A DNA stretch of 64,000 bases from Felis catus. Its lineage: Eukaryota. The DNA lies in contig NC_058383.1 in assembly GCF_018350175.1 (NCBI RefSeq), positions 11,100,001-11,164,000 of the forward strand, written 5' to 3'. The position numbers and the translations under genes were made by a program. Position 1 is the first letter of the stretch. Each line of letters opens with the position of its first letter. The notes beneath the pieces are model-generated. The model ran no database searches. It was not told the origin of the DNA and saw nothing but the letters and a program-made list of their open reading frames with translations. Below are positions 10,350 to 22,649 of this stretch, piece by piece.

Positions 10350-13300
10350 AAAGACACAAGTTACCAAAGCTCATTCAAGAAAACTAGGTGATTTGGGGCG
10401 CCTGGGTGCTTCAATCAGTTGAGCATCCAACTTCAGCTCAGGTCATGATCTTGTGGTGTGAGAGTTCGAGCCCCGCATCTGGCTCTGTGCTGACAGCTCA
10501 GAGCCTGGAGCCTGCTCCGGATTCTGTGTCTCCCTCTCTCTGCCCCTCCCCCTGCCTCAAAATAATAAACTTAAAAAAATTAAAAAAAAAAAAGAAAACT
10601 AGGTGACTTGAATAACTCTGTATCTATTTAAAAAATTGAAAGTTAAATTAAAAACCTTCCCATGAAGAAAAATCCCAGGCCCAGATGATTTCACTGATGG
10701 TATCTACCAAAACTTTAAGGTAAAAAGCAATCTACACGGGAGCACCTGGGTGGCTCAGTCCGTTGGGCAACCACCTTCAACTCAGGTTGTGATCTCATGG
10801 TCTGTGGGTTCAAGCCCCATGTCGGGCTTTGTGCTGACAGCTCAGAGCCTGGAGCCTGCTTCAGATTCTGTGTCTCCCTCTCTCTCTTCTCCCTGCTTGT
10901 GTTCTATAAAAAATAAATAAACATTAAAAAAAAAATCGACACAAACTCTTCTCAAAGGCCAAAGAGGAGGAAATACTTTCTAACTCATTCTAGGAAGCCA
11001 GCATTGCCATGATACCAAAACCAAAGACATCACAAGAAAAGCACTAATAAGACCAATGTCTCTCATGAACACAGATATAAAAATTCCCAATAAACTTTTC
11101 CCCCCAATTAAAAAAATTGTGGTAAAATACACACAACATACGATTTGCCATCCTAACCATTTTAAAAAATTATTTGTTTGTTTTTTATTTATTATTAAAA
11201 ACATTTAAAAAATATTTTTATTTATTTGAGGCAGAGAGAGACAGAGCATCAACAGGGGAGGGTCAGAGAGAGGGAGACATAGAATCTGAAACAGGCTCCA
11301 GGCTCTGAGCTGTCAGCACAGAGCCCGACGCGGGGCTCAAACTCACGGACCGCGAGATCATGACCTGAGCTGAAGTAGGATGCCCAACCAACTGAGCCAC
11401 CCAGGTGCCCCTAAAAAATAATTTTAATATTTATTTATTTACTTATTTAGAGAGCCAGATGTGGGGCTCAGCCTCATGAGTCAGGAGATCGTGACCTGAG
11501 CCGAAATCAAGAGTCGGATGCTTAACCAAATGAGCCACCCGGGCACCCCCCATCCTAATCATTTTTCAAGGTACAGTTCAGTGGTATTAAATGCCTTCAT
11601 AATGTGCAATCGCCACCATCTATCTCTGTCATTCTTGTCCTCTTGTGAAACTGACGCTCCATCCATATCCATTCAGTAGGATTCCTCATTCTCCCTCTGC
11701 CCAACTATCATTCCACTTTCTGTCTGTGACTTTGCCTGCTAAAGTGCCTTATAAGTGCAGTCACACAGCATTTGCCTTTTTAGAGCCAGCACTTTGTATA
11801 TGTCTGTTAAGTCTAGGTGGTTTATTGTCTTATGTGATGCCTCCATTTCCTTATCTATCCCCTTCTGCCTGGTTGCCCGATCCGTTGTTATGAATGGGAG
11901 TACTGAAGTCTCTAATTATTATCACAGAGCCGTCTGTTTCTTCCTGCAAGTCTGTCAGTTTTTGCTTCATATATTTTGATGGTGTACCATTAGGTGGGTG
12001 AATGTTTATTGTATCTTGCTATATTTTGTTAATATGTAACATCCTTCCTTGTCTCTGGGAATTGTTTTCAAGTCGATTTGGTGTGATATCAGTATAGCCA
12101 TTCCTGATCTTTTGTTACCATTTGTATGGAATATCTTTTTCCATTTTTTTCACTTTCTTTTTAGTTTTTATTTTTTCAAGTTTATTTATTTTGAGAGAGA
12201 ATCCCAAGTGGGCTCTAATGCTCCGTGTTGGGGCACCTGGGTGGTTCAGTCGGTTAAGGGTCCGCCTTCAGCTCAGGTCATGCATGATCTTGAGGTTCAG
12301 GAGTTTGAGCCCTGCATCGGGCTCTGTGCGGACAGCTTGGAGCCTGGAGTCTGCTTTGGATTTTGGGTCTCCCTCTCTCTCTGCCCTTCCCCACTCACAC
12401 TCTGTCTCTCTCTCTCAAAAATAAACATTAAAAAAATTAAAAATAAATGAAAACTTCCAACCAGGCTCCAATGCTCTGTGCTGAGCCCAACTCAGGGCTC
12501 AATCTTATGAACCATGAGATCACAACCTAAGCTGAAAGCAAGATTGGATGCTTAACCAACTGAGCCCCCCAGGGCTCCCCATTTTTTCACTTTCAATGTT
12601 TGTGTCTTTGATGCAAAGTGAGCCTCTTATAGATGGCAAATATTTGGATCTTGTGTCTTTATCTTTTGGCCAATCTCTATCTTTTGATTGGAGAGCTTAA
12701 TCCATTTACATTTAAAGTAACTACTGGGGCACCTGGCTGGCTCAGTCAGTAGAGTGTGACTCTTGATCTTGGGGTTGTAAGTTTGAGCCCCATGTTGGGT
12801 GTAGAGATTACTTAAAAAGTAAAGCCCTTACTGATAAGGAGGGGCTTACTTCTGTTGTTGCACTACTTTCTAGGTGCCTTACAGCTTTTTTTTTGTCCCT
12901 CATGTCCTGTATTACAGTCTTCTTTTGTGCTTAGTTGAGTTTTATAGTGAAATGTTTAAATTCTTTTCTTATTTCCTTTTGTGCATATTCTATGGCTATC
13001 TTCTTTGGGGCTACTGTGCGGACTGCATTTAACATCCTAAAGTTGTAACACTCTAAATTTACACTTGCTTAACTTCAACGACGTATGAAAACTCGGCTCT
13101 TTAATAGCTCCAACCCCGCCCTTTTGATCGCTGATGTCACAAAAATTACATCTTTATACACTGTGTGCCCAGAAACACAAACTAATAATTCTTTTAAATG
13201 CATTACTCTCTTAAAACCTGTAGAAAAGAAGGCATGGAGTTACAAAGTTACAAAAGGCTGTCCTTTCCCTACTGAATGGCCCTGACACCCTTGCTGAATA

Positions 13301-14080
13301 TAAGCAAAAGGAGAGGGTTTGTTACCATTGCCCTGCAGGAAACGTTCAGATGAGTTCTATAAACTGAAATGAAAAGGTATTGGACAGTGACTTGAAGCCA
13401 TACAGAGAAATAAAGACCTCAACAAAAGGAAGTGTATGGGCATTGACAAAAGCTGGCTTTATTGTAACAATGTTGGAGGTCAGGAAAAAGTTTTGTAAAT
13501 AGAAGTGGTGATGGTTGCCCAACATTGTGAATTCAACTTATTGCACTGAATTGTAGCTTTAAAAATTGTTAAGATGATGCATTTTATGTTATGTATATTT
13601 TACCACAAACACTTTAAAGGTGAGAATTTCCCTCCACATGACGTAGCCATGCCCCTCACAAGAATTTACCCCCAAGATAAAAGGAATATCTGAGAATACA
13701 AGAACTCGTACGCCAATGTTCACAGCAGCTTTATTCATGATATCTGGATGCAGAAAACAAGTCAAATGTCAATCAGCCGGTGAATCAAGAAACAAATTGT
13801 GGTACCCCATGTAATGGAACAGTACTCAGAATTAAAAATGAATGAATTGGGGCACCTGACTGGCTCAGTTGGTAGAACACGTGACTCTGGATCTCACGGT
13901 TATGAGCCAGAGCCCCATTTTGGTGTAGCAATTACTTAAAAAAAAAAAAAAAAGAAAATGAAAATGAAATGAATTATGGGTACATGTAATCTCCAGATTC
14001 ATCATGCTTAGTCAAAGAAGCCAGGCATAAAAGAATCCATATTTTATGACTGTACATTTATAAAATTCTAGAAAGTGCAA
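10350..14080. mobile_element. cluster of old L1 fragments in both orientations, interrupted by SINEs
   Basis: ORF2-like CCCAGGCCCAGATGATTTCACTG (+), AATCCATTTACATTTAAAGTAA (-) and AATGTTCACAGCAGCTTTATTCAT (+). Confidence 0.7.
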
Positions 14081-14084
14081 ACTA

Positions 14085-14944
14085 TAGTTGACTCTTGAAT
14101 AAAAAGATTTGAACTGCACGGGCCCACTTATATGTGAGTTTTTTTCAATAAACAACAAAAAGTACTGTAAATGTATTTTCCTTTTTATTATTTTTAATCT
14201 TTTAAAAAAGTTTACTTATTCATTTTTGACAGAGAGAGAGAGAGAGAGAGTGAGCACGAGCAGGGGAGGGGCAGAGAGGGAGAGAGAGAGAATCCCAAGC
14301 CGAATCCACATGCCCAGCACAGAGCCTGATGCAGGGCTCGAACTCACTAAACGAGATCATGACCTGAGCCAAAATCAAGAGTCAGACACTCAACTGACTG
14401 AGCCACCCAGGAGCCCTTTTATTTTATTTTATTTTATTTTATTTTATTTTATTTTATTTTACTTTATTTTATTTTATTTTATTTTATAAAGAGAGAGCAT
14501 GCACAAGTGGGGGACAGTGGCAGAGGACAGAGAGAGAGAGGGAGAGGGAGAGAGAGAGAGATGGCGACAGAGTCTCAAGCAGGCTCTGCCCTCAGCATGG
14601 AGCCCAATGTGGGGCTCAATTCCATGACCCTGGGATCATGACCTGAATTGAAATCAAGAGCCTGACACTCAAATGACTCAGTCACCCAGGTGCCCCTGTA
14701 AATGCATTTTCCTAATGATTTTCCTGACTGTTTCTTTTCCCTGGCTTACTTTACTGGAAGAATTCAGTGTATATAGTGCATACAACATACAATGTATGCT
14801 AATTGACTGTGTTGTCAGTAAGGTTTCCAGTCAAGTGTAGGTTATTACTACATAAGTTTTTTGGGGGAGTCTGAAGTTACACTCAGATTTTAGACTGCAT
14901 GGGGGCTGGGCACCCCAACCCCTCCACCGTTCAAAGATCAACTG
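14085..14944. mobile_element. Tigger2a/MER28-like DNA transposon interrupted by two Can-SINEs
   Basis: Terminal inverted repeats TAGTTGACTCTTGAA...TTCAAAGATCAACTG flanked by TA. Confidence 0.8.
14417..14487. repeat. (TTTTA)n microsatellite derived from a SINE tail
   Basis: About 14 tandem TTTTA units. Confidence 0.9.
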
Positions 14945-17900
14945 TATCGCACAGTGTGGGGAAACAGCAATTTCCTAGCACCGGCGGTGGAAAAAGGGAT
15001 TGACCACAAAGGACGAGAAGATGCTTTTAGGGGGATGGAACCGTGCTGCACCTCAACTGTCGTGGTGCTCGCACAAGTGAGTAGTTTTCAAAATTCATCA
15101 GACTGTACAGTTTAAATGAATGCAGTTTATTGTACATAAATTTACCCCGATATTGATGACTCAGCCGTTGACATTTCTGTATCATGAAGTTAAGCACATG
15201 CAGTCACACTGTTCTTCTCACGTCATCTTACGACTGCTAGCTTCCTACCATTGCTATTTTTTTTTTTTTTTTTTACCATTACTATTTTTAATGAGAGTAA
15301 ATGGTTTAGAAAACAAAACAGGACAGGGGTGCCTGGGTGGCTCAGTTGGGTTGAGCATCCTACTCTTGATTTCGGCTCAGGTCACGATCTCATGGTTGTG
15401 AGATGGAGTCCCACGTTGGGCAAAGCATGGAGTGTGGAGCTGCTTGGGATTCTCTCTCTTTCTCTCTCTTTGTGCCTCCCCTGCTTGTGTGCTCACACAC
15501 GGGTGCATGCTCTCGCTCTCTTCCAAAATAAATAAATAAACTTTAAAAATCAAAAAAAGTAGGACATTCATTTAAAAGTTATTGTTTACTAAAAAAAATA
15601 TTCTTTAATCTTTATCACACTATTTACATAGTATCTTCGTATGTTTCGTAAAGTACCTATGAGGACAGTCATGTGTGTAAATAATTCACATGTGTTTTTT
15701 CATGCTCACAAATTTTACCCATATGGATATATAATCAAAGTAATTTGGAGATTATTGCCCTAAAACTTTGGAAGATTCTGTTCTCAGAAAACTGATAGAC
15801 GAATTTATCTATAAGCAAAGGGTTGAATTCATTCAAGCAGAGAGTACACACACTTACGTGATATGGGAAGACTCAAGATTGTTAAACGGCATTTGTTCGT
15901 GATTTTATCTCAATTAGGTCATGAATTTAATCTAGTTCCAACAAAAGTCCCAGGGGGATCTTTCATGCAATTGACAAGATGATTTTAAAATTTATATGGC
16001 AGTATTATGAGTAGCAAAGGCAATTTTGTAAAAGAACAAAGAGGACTTGATTGAATAAAACTCAAAGCATAGTGTGAAGCTGTAGCCGTGGAACCCTTGT
16101 ATGTTAGTTCAAGAAAAGATCAGAAGGAACAGACTCCAAAAATTGACCCCTGTATATAGAAATGCATCATATGTTATAAATGACATTTTGTTTATTTGTT
16201 TACTTGTTTGTTTAAAGTAGGATTCATGCCTGGGCGCCCGGGTGGCTCAGTCGGTTAAGTGTCGGACTTCAGCTCAAGTCATGATCTCACGGTTCATGGG
16301 TTCAAGTCCCACATCAGGCTCTGTGCTGACAGCTCAGAGCCTGGAGTCTGCTTCAGATTCTGTGACTCCCTCTCTCTCTGCCCCTCCCCTGCTCACACTC
16401 TGTCTCTCTCTCTGTAAAATAATTAAACGTTAAAAAAAATTTTTTTAAAGTAGGATTCATGCCCCTGAGATCAAGACCTGAGCTGAGATCAACAGTGAGA
16501 CATTTAACTGACGGAGCCACTCAGGGGCCCCTATAAATAAATGACATTTTAAATCTTTAAAGTCTGTTAGAGCCAGTTAATTATTTGGGGACAATCATAT
16601 ATCAGATAAAATATTAATAAATATACAATCATACCATTCACAAAAGTTAACTCCATATCTAAATATAAAAAATAAAAGTGCAGTACTAGATCAGGTGTTT
16701 TACAAATATTATACAACATAATTATATTATATAATCGGTAGTCTAACTAAGCAAACAATAAAAAAAAGCTCTAGCGGATAAGATTAGTGCTGACTACATG
16801 AAAATAAAATTTTGTAGAAAGGAGGACACCACAAATTAAGCAAAAACACGGGAGAAAATATTGCAACTCAGAACAAAAGGTTTCATGCAGATCATCTCAA
16901 GTACTCCCCAAAATTAATACGAGACAATTCAACAGAAATGTGCCCAAGGATATGAATGGCCAAACAATTCTTGGCACAGGAAACATGTAACCAGTAACCA
17001 CAAGGTATTCGATCTTCCTAGAGATTATAGAAATGGGAAAAAAAAAAAAAAATCAATGAGAGCTATGTTTTAGGTATCGGGCTGACAAACATTTTAAAAA
17101 GTTTCTATCAGGTGCTGGGTATACAGAAAAAATGAATCAACTCATACTACTGAAGCACAACTTTTGGAGAACGAATTGAAAATAGCTATCAAAAATTTTA
17201 AAGTGAGCATTTCCCAGGGGCACCTGAGTGGCTCAGTCAGCAGAATGTGGGACTCTTGATCTCAGGGTCATGAGTTCAAGCCCCTCATTGGGTGTGGAAC
17301 CTACTTAAAAAAAAAAAAAAAAAGAAAAAAGTTAAAATGAGCATTTTCTATGACCTGGCAGTTCTGCCAGAATCTACCCAAGAGACACCCTCACACAGGT
17401 GCAAGTGGAAACATGTACCAGAACATTCACTGTAATATTGTAATAGCAAAAAAAAAAAAAAAAAAAAAAGGAAATAACCCAAATATCCACCAAAAGAATG
17501 GTTAACTAAGACTTATTCATACTAATATGCAAGAGTGAAAAAGAATGGGCTAAGTGAAAACAAATTGCTATGAAAGTATCTCCAATAGAGGCTCCTGGGG
17601 GGCTCAGTTGGTTAAGTGTCTGACTCTTGATTTTGGTTCAGGTCATGATCTCATAGTTTGTGAGTTTGGGCTTCACGCTGCCTGCCTGGGATTCTCTCTC
17701 TTTCTCTCTCCCTCACTCTCTGCCCCTGTCCTGCTCATGCTCTCCCTCTCTCTCAAAATAAAATGAATAAACTAAAAAAAGAATAAATAAATTATCTCCA
17801 ACATAGTTTTGAGTGAAAAGACAAGGGTGCAGAATGAGGTACATATTACATCATTTTCTTTAAACACACATGCAAGAACAACTGAAAAATACTTTTTCTA

Positions 17901-18641
17901 TGGCAATGGATACATGTGGGCTATGGTTAAAGAAACCCTTACCCTTTAGGGGCGTCCGGGGTGGCTCAGTTGGTTAAGCGTCCGACTTCGGCTCAGGTCA
18001 TGATCTCACAGTTTGTGAGTTCAAGCCCTGCGTTGGGCTCTGTGCTGACAGCTTGGAGCCTGGAGTTTGCTTTGGATTCTATGTCTCCCTCTCCCTTTCT
18101 GCTCCTCCCCTGCTCACTCTCTGTCTCTCAAAAATAAACACTGGCGGGGGGAAAAAAAGGAGCCTTTACCTTTATCGTTATAAATCACTTAAGTAATTAT
18201 TTTACAAAGAGACTTCGTCATATATTAATTGCATAATTAAAAGTTAATAACAATAATTAAAGTATATATGGCTCAGTAGGTTCACTCTTTCCCAGACCAG
18301 AGAATTTCAGCTATCCCAATGTAACAAAGAAATGAGAACGTCTACAGGAAAACGTCATCATAGGTGGGGGGAAAAACTGAGCTTGGTTAACACTAGTAGA
18401 TATTTTAATACTCCAGGGGAGCTGATATTTCACTGTAGGACCATCTTTTTCCCCAGCAACAATATGGACAGAAACGCAAGAATTAGCATACAGCCAGTAT
18501 ATAAAACAACCAGGTTTTGATAGTAAAATATAAAGGCCCAGTTGTCACTACAGACCCAGCGCTTCATTGGCAAAACCGGCTTTTAGTCGATTTTATCCCA
18601 TTTCTTGGTGAACGAGAGACACAAAATTGATGGGCAAGCAT

Positions 18642-18672
18642 TGCCACCTAGTGGCTGTGGCTCACATTGCAG
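18642..18672 (-). promoter_or_regulatory. CTCF binding motif (core plus upstream module)
   Basis: The minus strand reads CTGCAA-TGTGAGCCACAG-CCACTAGGTGGCA, in non-repeat DNA between the two divergent promoters. Confidence 0.65.
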
Positions 18673-19258
18673 AATTCATCACTGTGCCTCTTGTCCCCTT
18701 AATCTCAAACTAATGCTTCTATCTTTTGGATATACCTTAACAGTCAAATGTTCTATAAATTCAAGAGACCAGTGGCAGCTGGCTGGCTCCGTTGATGGAG
18801 TACATGACTCTTGATCTCGGGCCCCATGTTGGGTGTAGAGATTACTTAAAAAAATGTTTTTTTTTTTTAATTTTAAAATTTATTTATTTATTTTTGAGAG
18901 GGGTGGGGGGAGAGAACCCATCCAAGCAGGCTCTGCGCTGTCAGTGTGGAGCCCGGCGTGGGGCTCAAATCCACGGACCATGAGATGAAGACCTGAGCCA
19001 AAATCAAGAGTCGGATGCTTAACCGACTGAGCCACCCAGGCGCCCCTAAAAAAATAAAATCTTTAAAAAATAAAAATAAAATCTTTAAAAATAATCTTTA
19101 AATAAAAAATAAATCTTTAATAATAAAAAATAAAAATAAATAAATCTTTACCATAAATTTAAGGGACCTACATAGGGTTATCAATTAAAAAACATTTTTT
19201 TAATGCTTATTTATTTTTGAGAGATAGTGAGACAGAGTGTGAGCAGGGGAGGGGGGGG

Positions 19259-19300
<42 letters not shown>

Positions 19301-19588
19301 ATCCGAAGCAGGCTCCAGGCTCTGAGCTGTCAGCACAGCACCGAGATCATGACCTGAGCTGAAGTCGGAAGCTTAACTGACTGAGCCACCCAGGCGCCCC
19401 TGGGTTATCAATTTTTAAATTCTGACAAGTAAGGATGTTTTAAAAAGAAGAATCTATCATCATGGCCAGTAAAAGAACAGATACTTGAGGCCATGAACTC
19501 AGATAAAAGGATGGTCCTGTTTGTGCGAGAACAGTTGAAAACCGGATACACATTTCATGAATAAGCATTCTATAACTATGTTAATAAT

Positions 19589-20030
19589 TGAGATGGTTAA
19601 TTATGCTATTAAATACATCAACTTGGCTGGGCTATGGGATGCCCAGACTGACGGTTAAACATTATTTCTGAGTGTGTCTGTGAAGGTGTTTCTGGAAGAC
19701 ATTATTAGCATTTGAATTGGCAGACCAGATAACGATTGCCTTCTCCAATGTGTGGGCCACACCCAACCCACTGAGGGTCCAACCCACTGAGGGCCGGAAC
19801 GGAGCAAAAAAGGCAGAGGAAGGTTGAATTCTCTCTCTGCCTGGCTGTTTGAGCTGGAGCGTCAGTCTCCTGACCTTGACCTGGGACTTACACCACTGTG
19901 CCTGGTTCTCAGACCTTTGTACCCAGACTGGGAACTATACCTTTGGCTCTCCTGAGTGTTCAGCTTGCAGGTGGATCATGGGACTCCTGTTTCTACTAGT
20001 TCTGTTTCTCTGGAGAACCCTCACCAGTGT
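19589..20030 (+). mobile_element. MLT2 (ERV-L) solo LTR
   Basis: GATGGTTAATT...TCAACTTGGCTGGGCTATGGGATGCCCAGA...ATTAGCATTTGAAT start and TTCTGTTTCTCTGGAGAACCCT end. Confidence 0.85.
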
Positions 20031-20429
20031 GATCACATTTACATAATTCTTCTTTATCAATATATGTCTCAGATTGATAAATAAAAGCAGAGCTGGAGAC
20101 AAGATCTTGTACACAGATACTTAATTTGGGAGGTACCAGGAGTGAAAGGGCAGGGAAAGTTAATGTACAATACTGTCCTTTTTTTTTTCTTAAATGTTTA
20201 TTTATTTTTGAGAGAGAGCAAGAGAGAAAGAGAGAGGCAGAGACAGAGAGTGAGCAGGGAAGGGGCAGAGAGAGGGAGACACAGAATCTGAAGCAGGCTC
20301 CAGGCTCTGAGCTGTCAGCACAGAGCCCAGTGTGGAGCTCAAACCCACAAGCTGTAAGATCATGACCTGAGCCGAAGTCAGATGATTAATCGACTGAGCC
20401 ACCCAGGCGCCCCAATACTGTCCTTCTTA

Positions 20430-21410
20430 CATACAGGCAAACTGCCTTTGAGCGTCTTTACCATTGGAATTGAAAAACCCATCCACCAGATCAGTATCCC
20501 ATAGTTAAGTTTCAGAAGCTGTGTTGATCTGGCCCAGTAAAACGCTACCCTTGGCACAGCAGTGATGATTGGGCTATATGCCCTTGGCTAAGTTTATGTA
20601 GTTCATTACCATTGCCTGCCATGCTCCATCGGGTTTTTGCAGGAGCCAAACAAGTGAACTGAATGGGGTTAAGACGGGGAACCACCACCCCTGAATCCTC
20701 ATCTTTGAGGATGGCACTCAGGTCTACAATTCCACCCGGGCTTGCAGTATGGCTTCTGATTTAATGCTGGCTGAGTCAAGACAGGAGGAGGGAACCTCCT
20801 GCTGAGTATGTCTGTCCTCATTGTGTGCTCAGAACCAAGGAAATTTCCACAGGGTGGGTCCATGCACACCCTGACCCACTGAGAGACATGCCTCTGCCTG
20901 GCCCCATAAGCTCCCACTCTAACTGGGGTCCTTGCTAGCGTTTCAGGTTCTCTGGGGTCACTGCACACATTTCTCCAGTGTATAACTCTGGTAAATAACC
21001 ACAAATGCCTTTGGGGAATGATTAGAGTATTGCCTCTACTTGTGCTGGCTCTACGAGGTCCTTCCTCTAGTGGATTCTACCTCCCTTACAATTGCTGGAC
21101 TCTGGTCTGAGAACTGGGTCAGATTTTTTCTGGTTCCTCAAGTCAAGGCAGCACTGTAGCTGTCGGCCCGTATACCTCATCCTTTGGAATATCATGGTCA
21201 GAGAGCCAACGGCATAGATCGCTGGTGTCATGGCCACTGCGGTTGCCACCCTGTCCTCGCTTCATCTACCAAGTCTACCTACCTTACCTGTGACGACGAA
21301 GTCCAGCTACCTGGCTCTGCTGTTCTGGAACGCTACCATCCTCTGGGGCCCCCAGTTTCGGGACAGTCTGTCCTCAGCATTAGGGACTAGTATTTGGGAA
21401 CATCTATCAT
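20430..21410 (-). mobile_element. ERV-L internal remnant (degenerate gag C-terminal part and RT N-terminus)
   Basis: Minus-strand frames give LTPFSSLVWLLQKPDGAW...VLLGQINTA (RT-like; cf. SPFNSPIWPVQKTDGSW...LLEQINT) and DLCRWLSDHDIPKDEVYG (ERV-L gag-like), with frameshifts and stops. Confidence 0.75.
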
Positions 21411-22289
21411 GGATCATAACGGGCTGTAAGAGGTCAAGTCTAGATATCTCATTCACTTAAAAAAATTCATTTCACGTTTTGATTTTTTTCTTTTTAAACC
21501 TTCCTATAGAGGTGTGATCCAGAGAAAAGGACACAACTTGCTAACGATACCTATCAAGTCAGTAGCAGAGCCAGGACTAGACCCAGGTCCCCAGGTTCCT
21601 TCACGGAACTTCTGAGGAGGTGCCGGATCTTAGCAGGAGTCTGCCAGACATCTGCAGGGAAGAGGGCGGCGGGAAGAACATTCGAGGCACTCTGTGCAAA
21701 AGCAGGGAGGCCTGAAGCGGCCCTGGGATTCGGAAATTACAAGTAAAGCTACCTGACTCCAGTGGCGTGCGGGGCTGTGGGGCGAGTTGAGCTGGGGAAG
21801 AGGAAGCACTCTGGAAGGCTGCAGGGTCAGGGTCAGGGTCAGAGCCCGCGCCCGTAAGAGCTGCACTCTAGCGCGCTCTGGCTGGAGTACGACTGGTTGT
21901 CCTGGAAGCGGACGGGAAGGCTGCGACACGGCAGGAAAACAGGGACAAGGGGAGACCACCATGAGGGAGTCGCGCAGAGCGGGCCACCCCTAAGTTTTAC
22001 CTCTGCTAATCGACAAGCAACAAAGGCCTTCCGCTCCTGCCGGAGCTCAATAACGAGGCGTTCGGCCGGCTGCGCAGCTCGGAGACCGACCGCGCTCAGG
22101 AGCGCAGATCAGTGACCGAACCCCCAGCCCGGCACTCCGCCCACTTAGGCCCGCCCCTCCCAGGTTCCGCCCCGCCCCGCCCCCCGCCTCCCTTCAGCCA
22201 ATGGCAGCCCTCGGCGCCTTTGCCTTCAGCCAGTAGGCGACGTGGCCTCGGACTCTGACGTCACGGGGTGGGGCCAAGGGTCACGCAAG

Positions 22290-22313
22290 ATGGCGGCGCC
22301 CAGGAGGCGCTGA
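22290..22313 (+). other. upstream ORF MAAPRRR*, in frame with the RCC1L start codon
   Basis: aagATGG context at 22290, TGA at 22311-22313, 39 nt before the main ATG. Whether it is inside the mRNA depends on the TSS. Confidence 0.55.
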
Positions 22314-22328
22314 GGCGTGGAGCTGAGG

Positions 22329-22649
22329 ATGAGGCTGGTGGCGCTGGCCGCCAGGGTTCGGCTGGGGTGGCGGCTGAGCGGATCGGGACCGGAGCTGAGG
22401 CCGGGGCGAGGGCACTGGACGGCGGCCGGGCGCTCGCGGAGCCCGCGCGAGGCAGACACGCCCGTGTTCCAATATGTGGGCGAGCGCGCGGCCCGTGCCG
22501 ACCGCATCTTCGTGTGGGGCTTCAGCTTCTCGGGGGCGCTGGGCGTGCCCACCTTCGTGCTGCCCGGCGCGGGGCCTGAGCCTCGCGCCGGCTCGCGGCC
22601 GCGACGCAGGATCCAACCTGTGCCCTACCGCCTGGAGCTGGACCAGAAG
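22329..22649 (+). CDS. RCC1L: RCC1L coding exon 1 ([10 protein letters not shown]...YRLELDQK), includes likely mitochondrial targeting peptide
   Basis: ATG at 22329 in a CpG island; donor AAG|GTGCGG at 22649/22650; ORF track 22317..22892. Confidence 0.95.

Noticed and set aside
12726..12820. tRNA-like sequences with A/B boxes (GGCTCAGTCAGTAGAG...GTTTGAGCCCC)
   Set aside because: These are tRNA-derived Can-SINE heads with A-rich tails, not intact cloverleaf tRNA genes.
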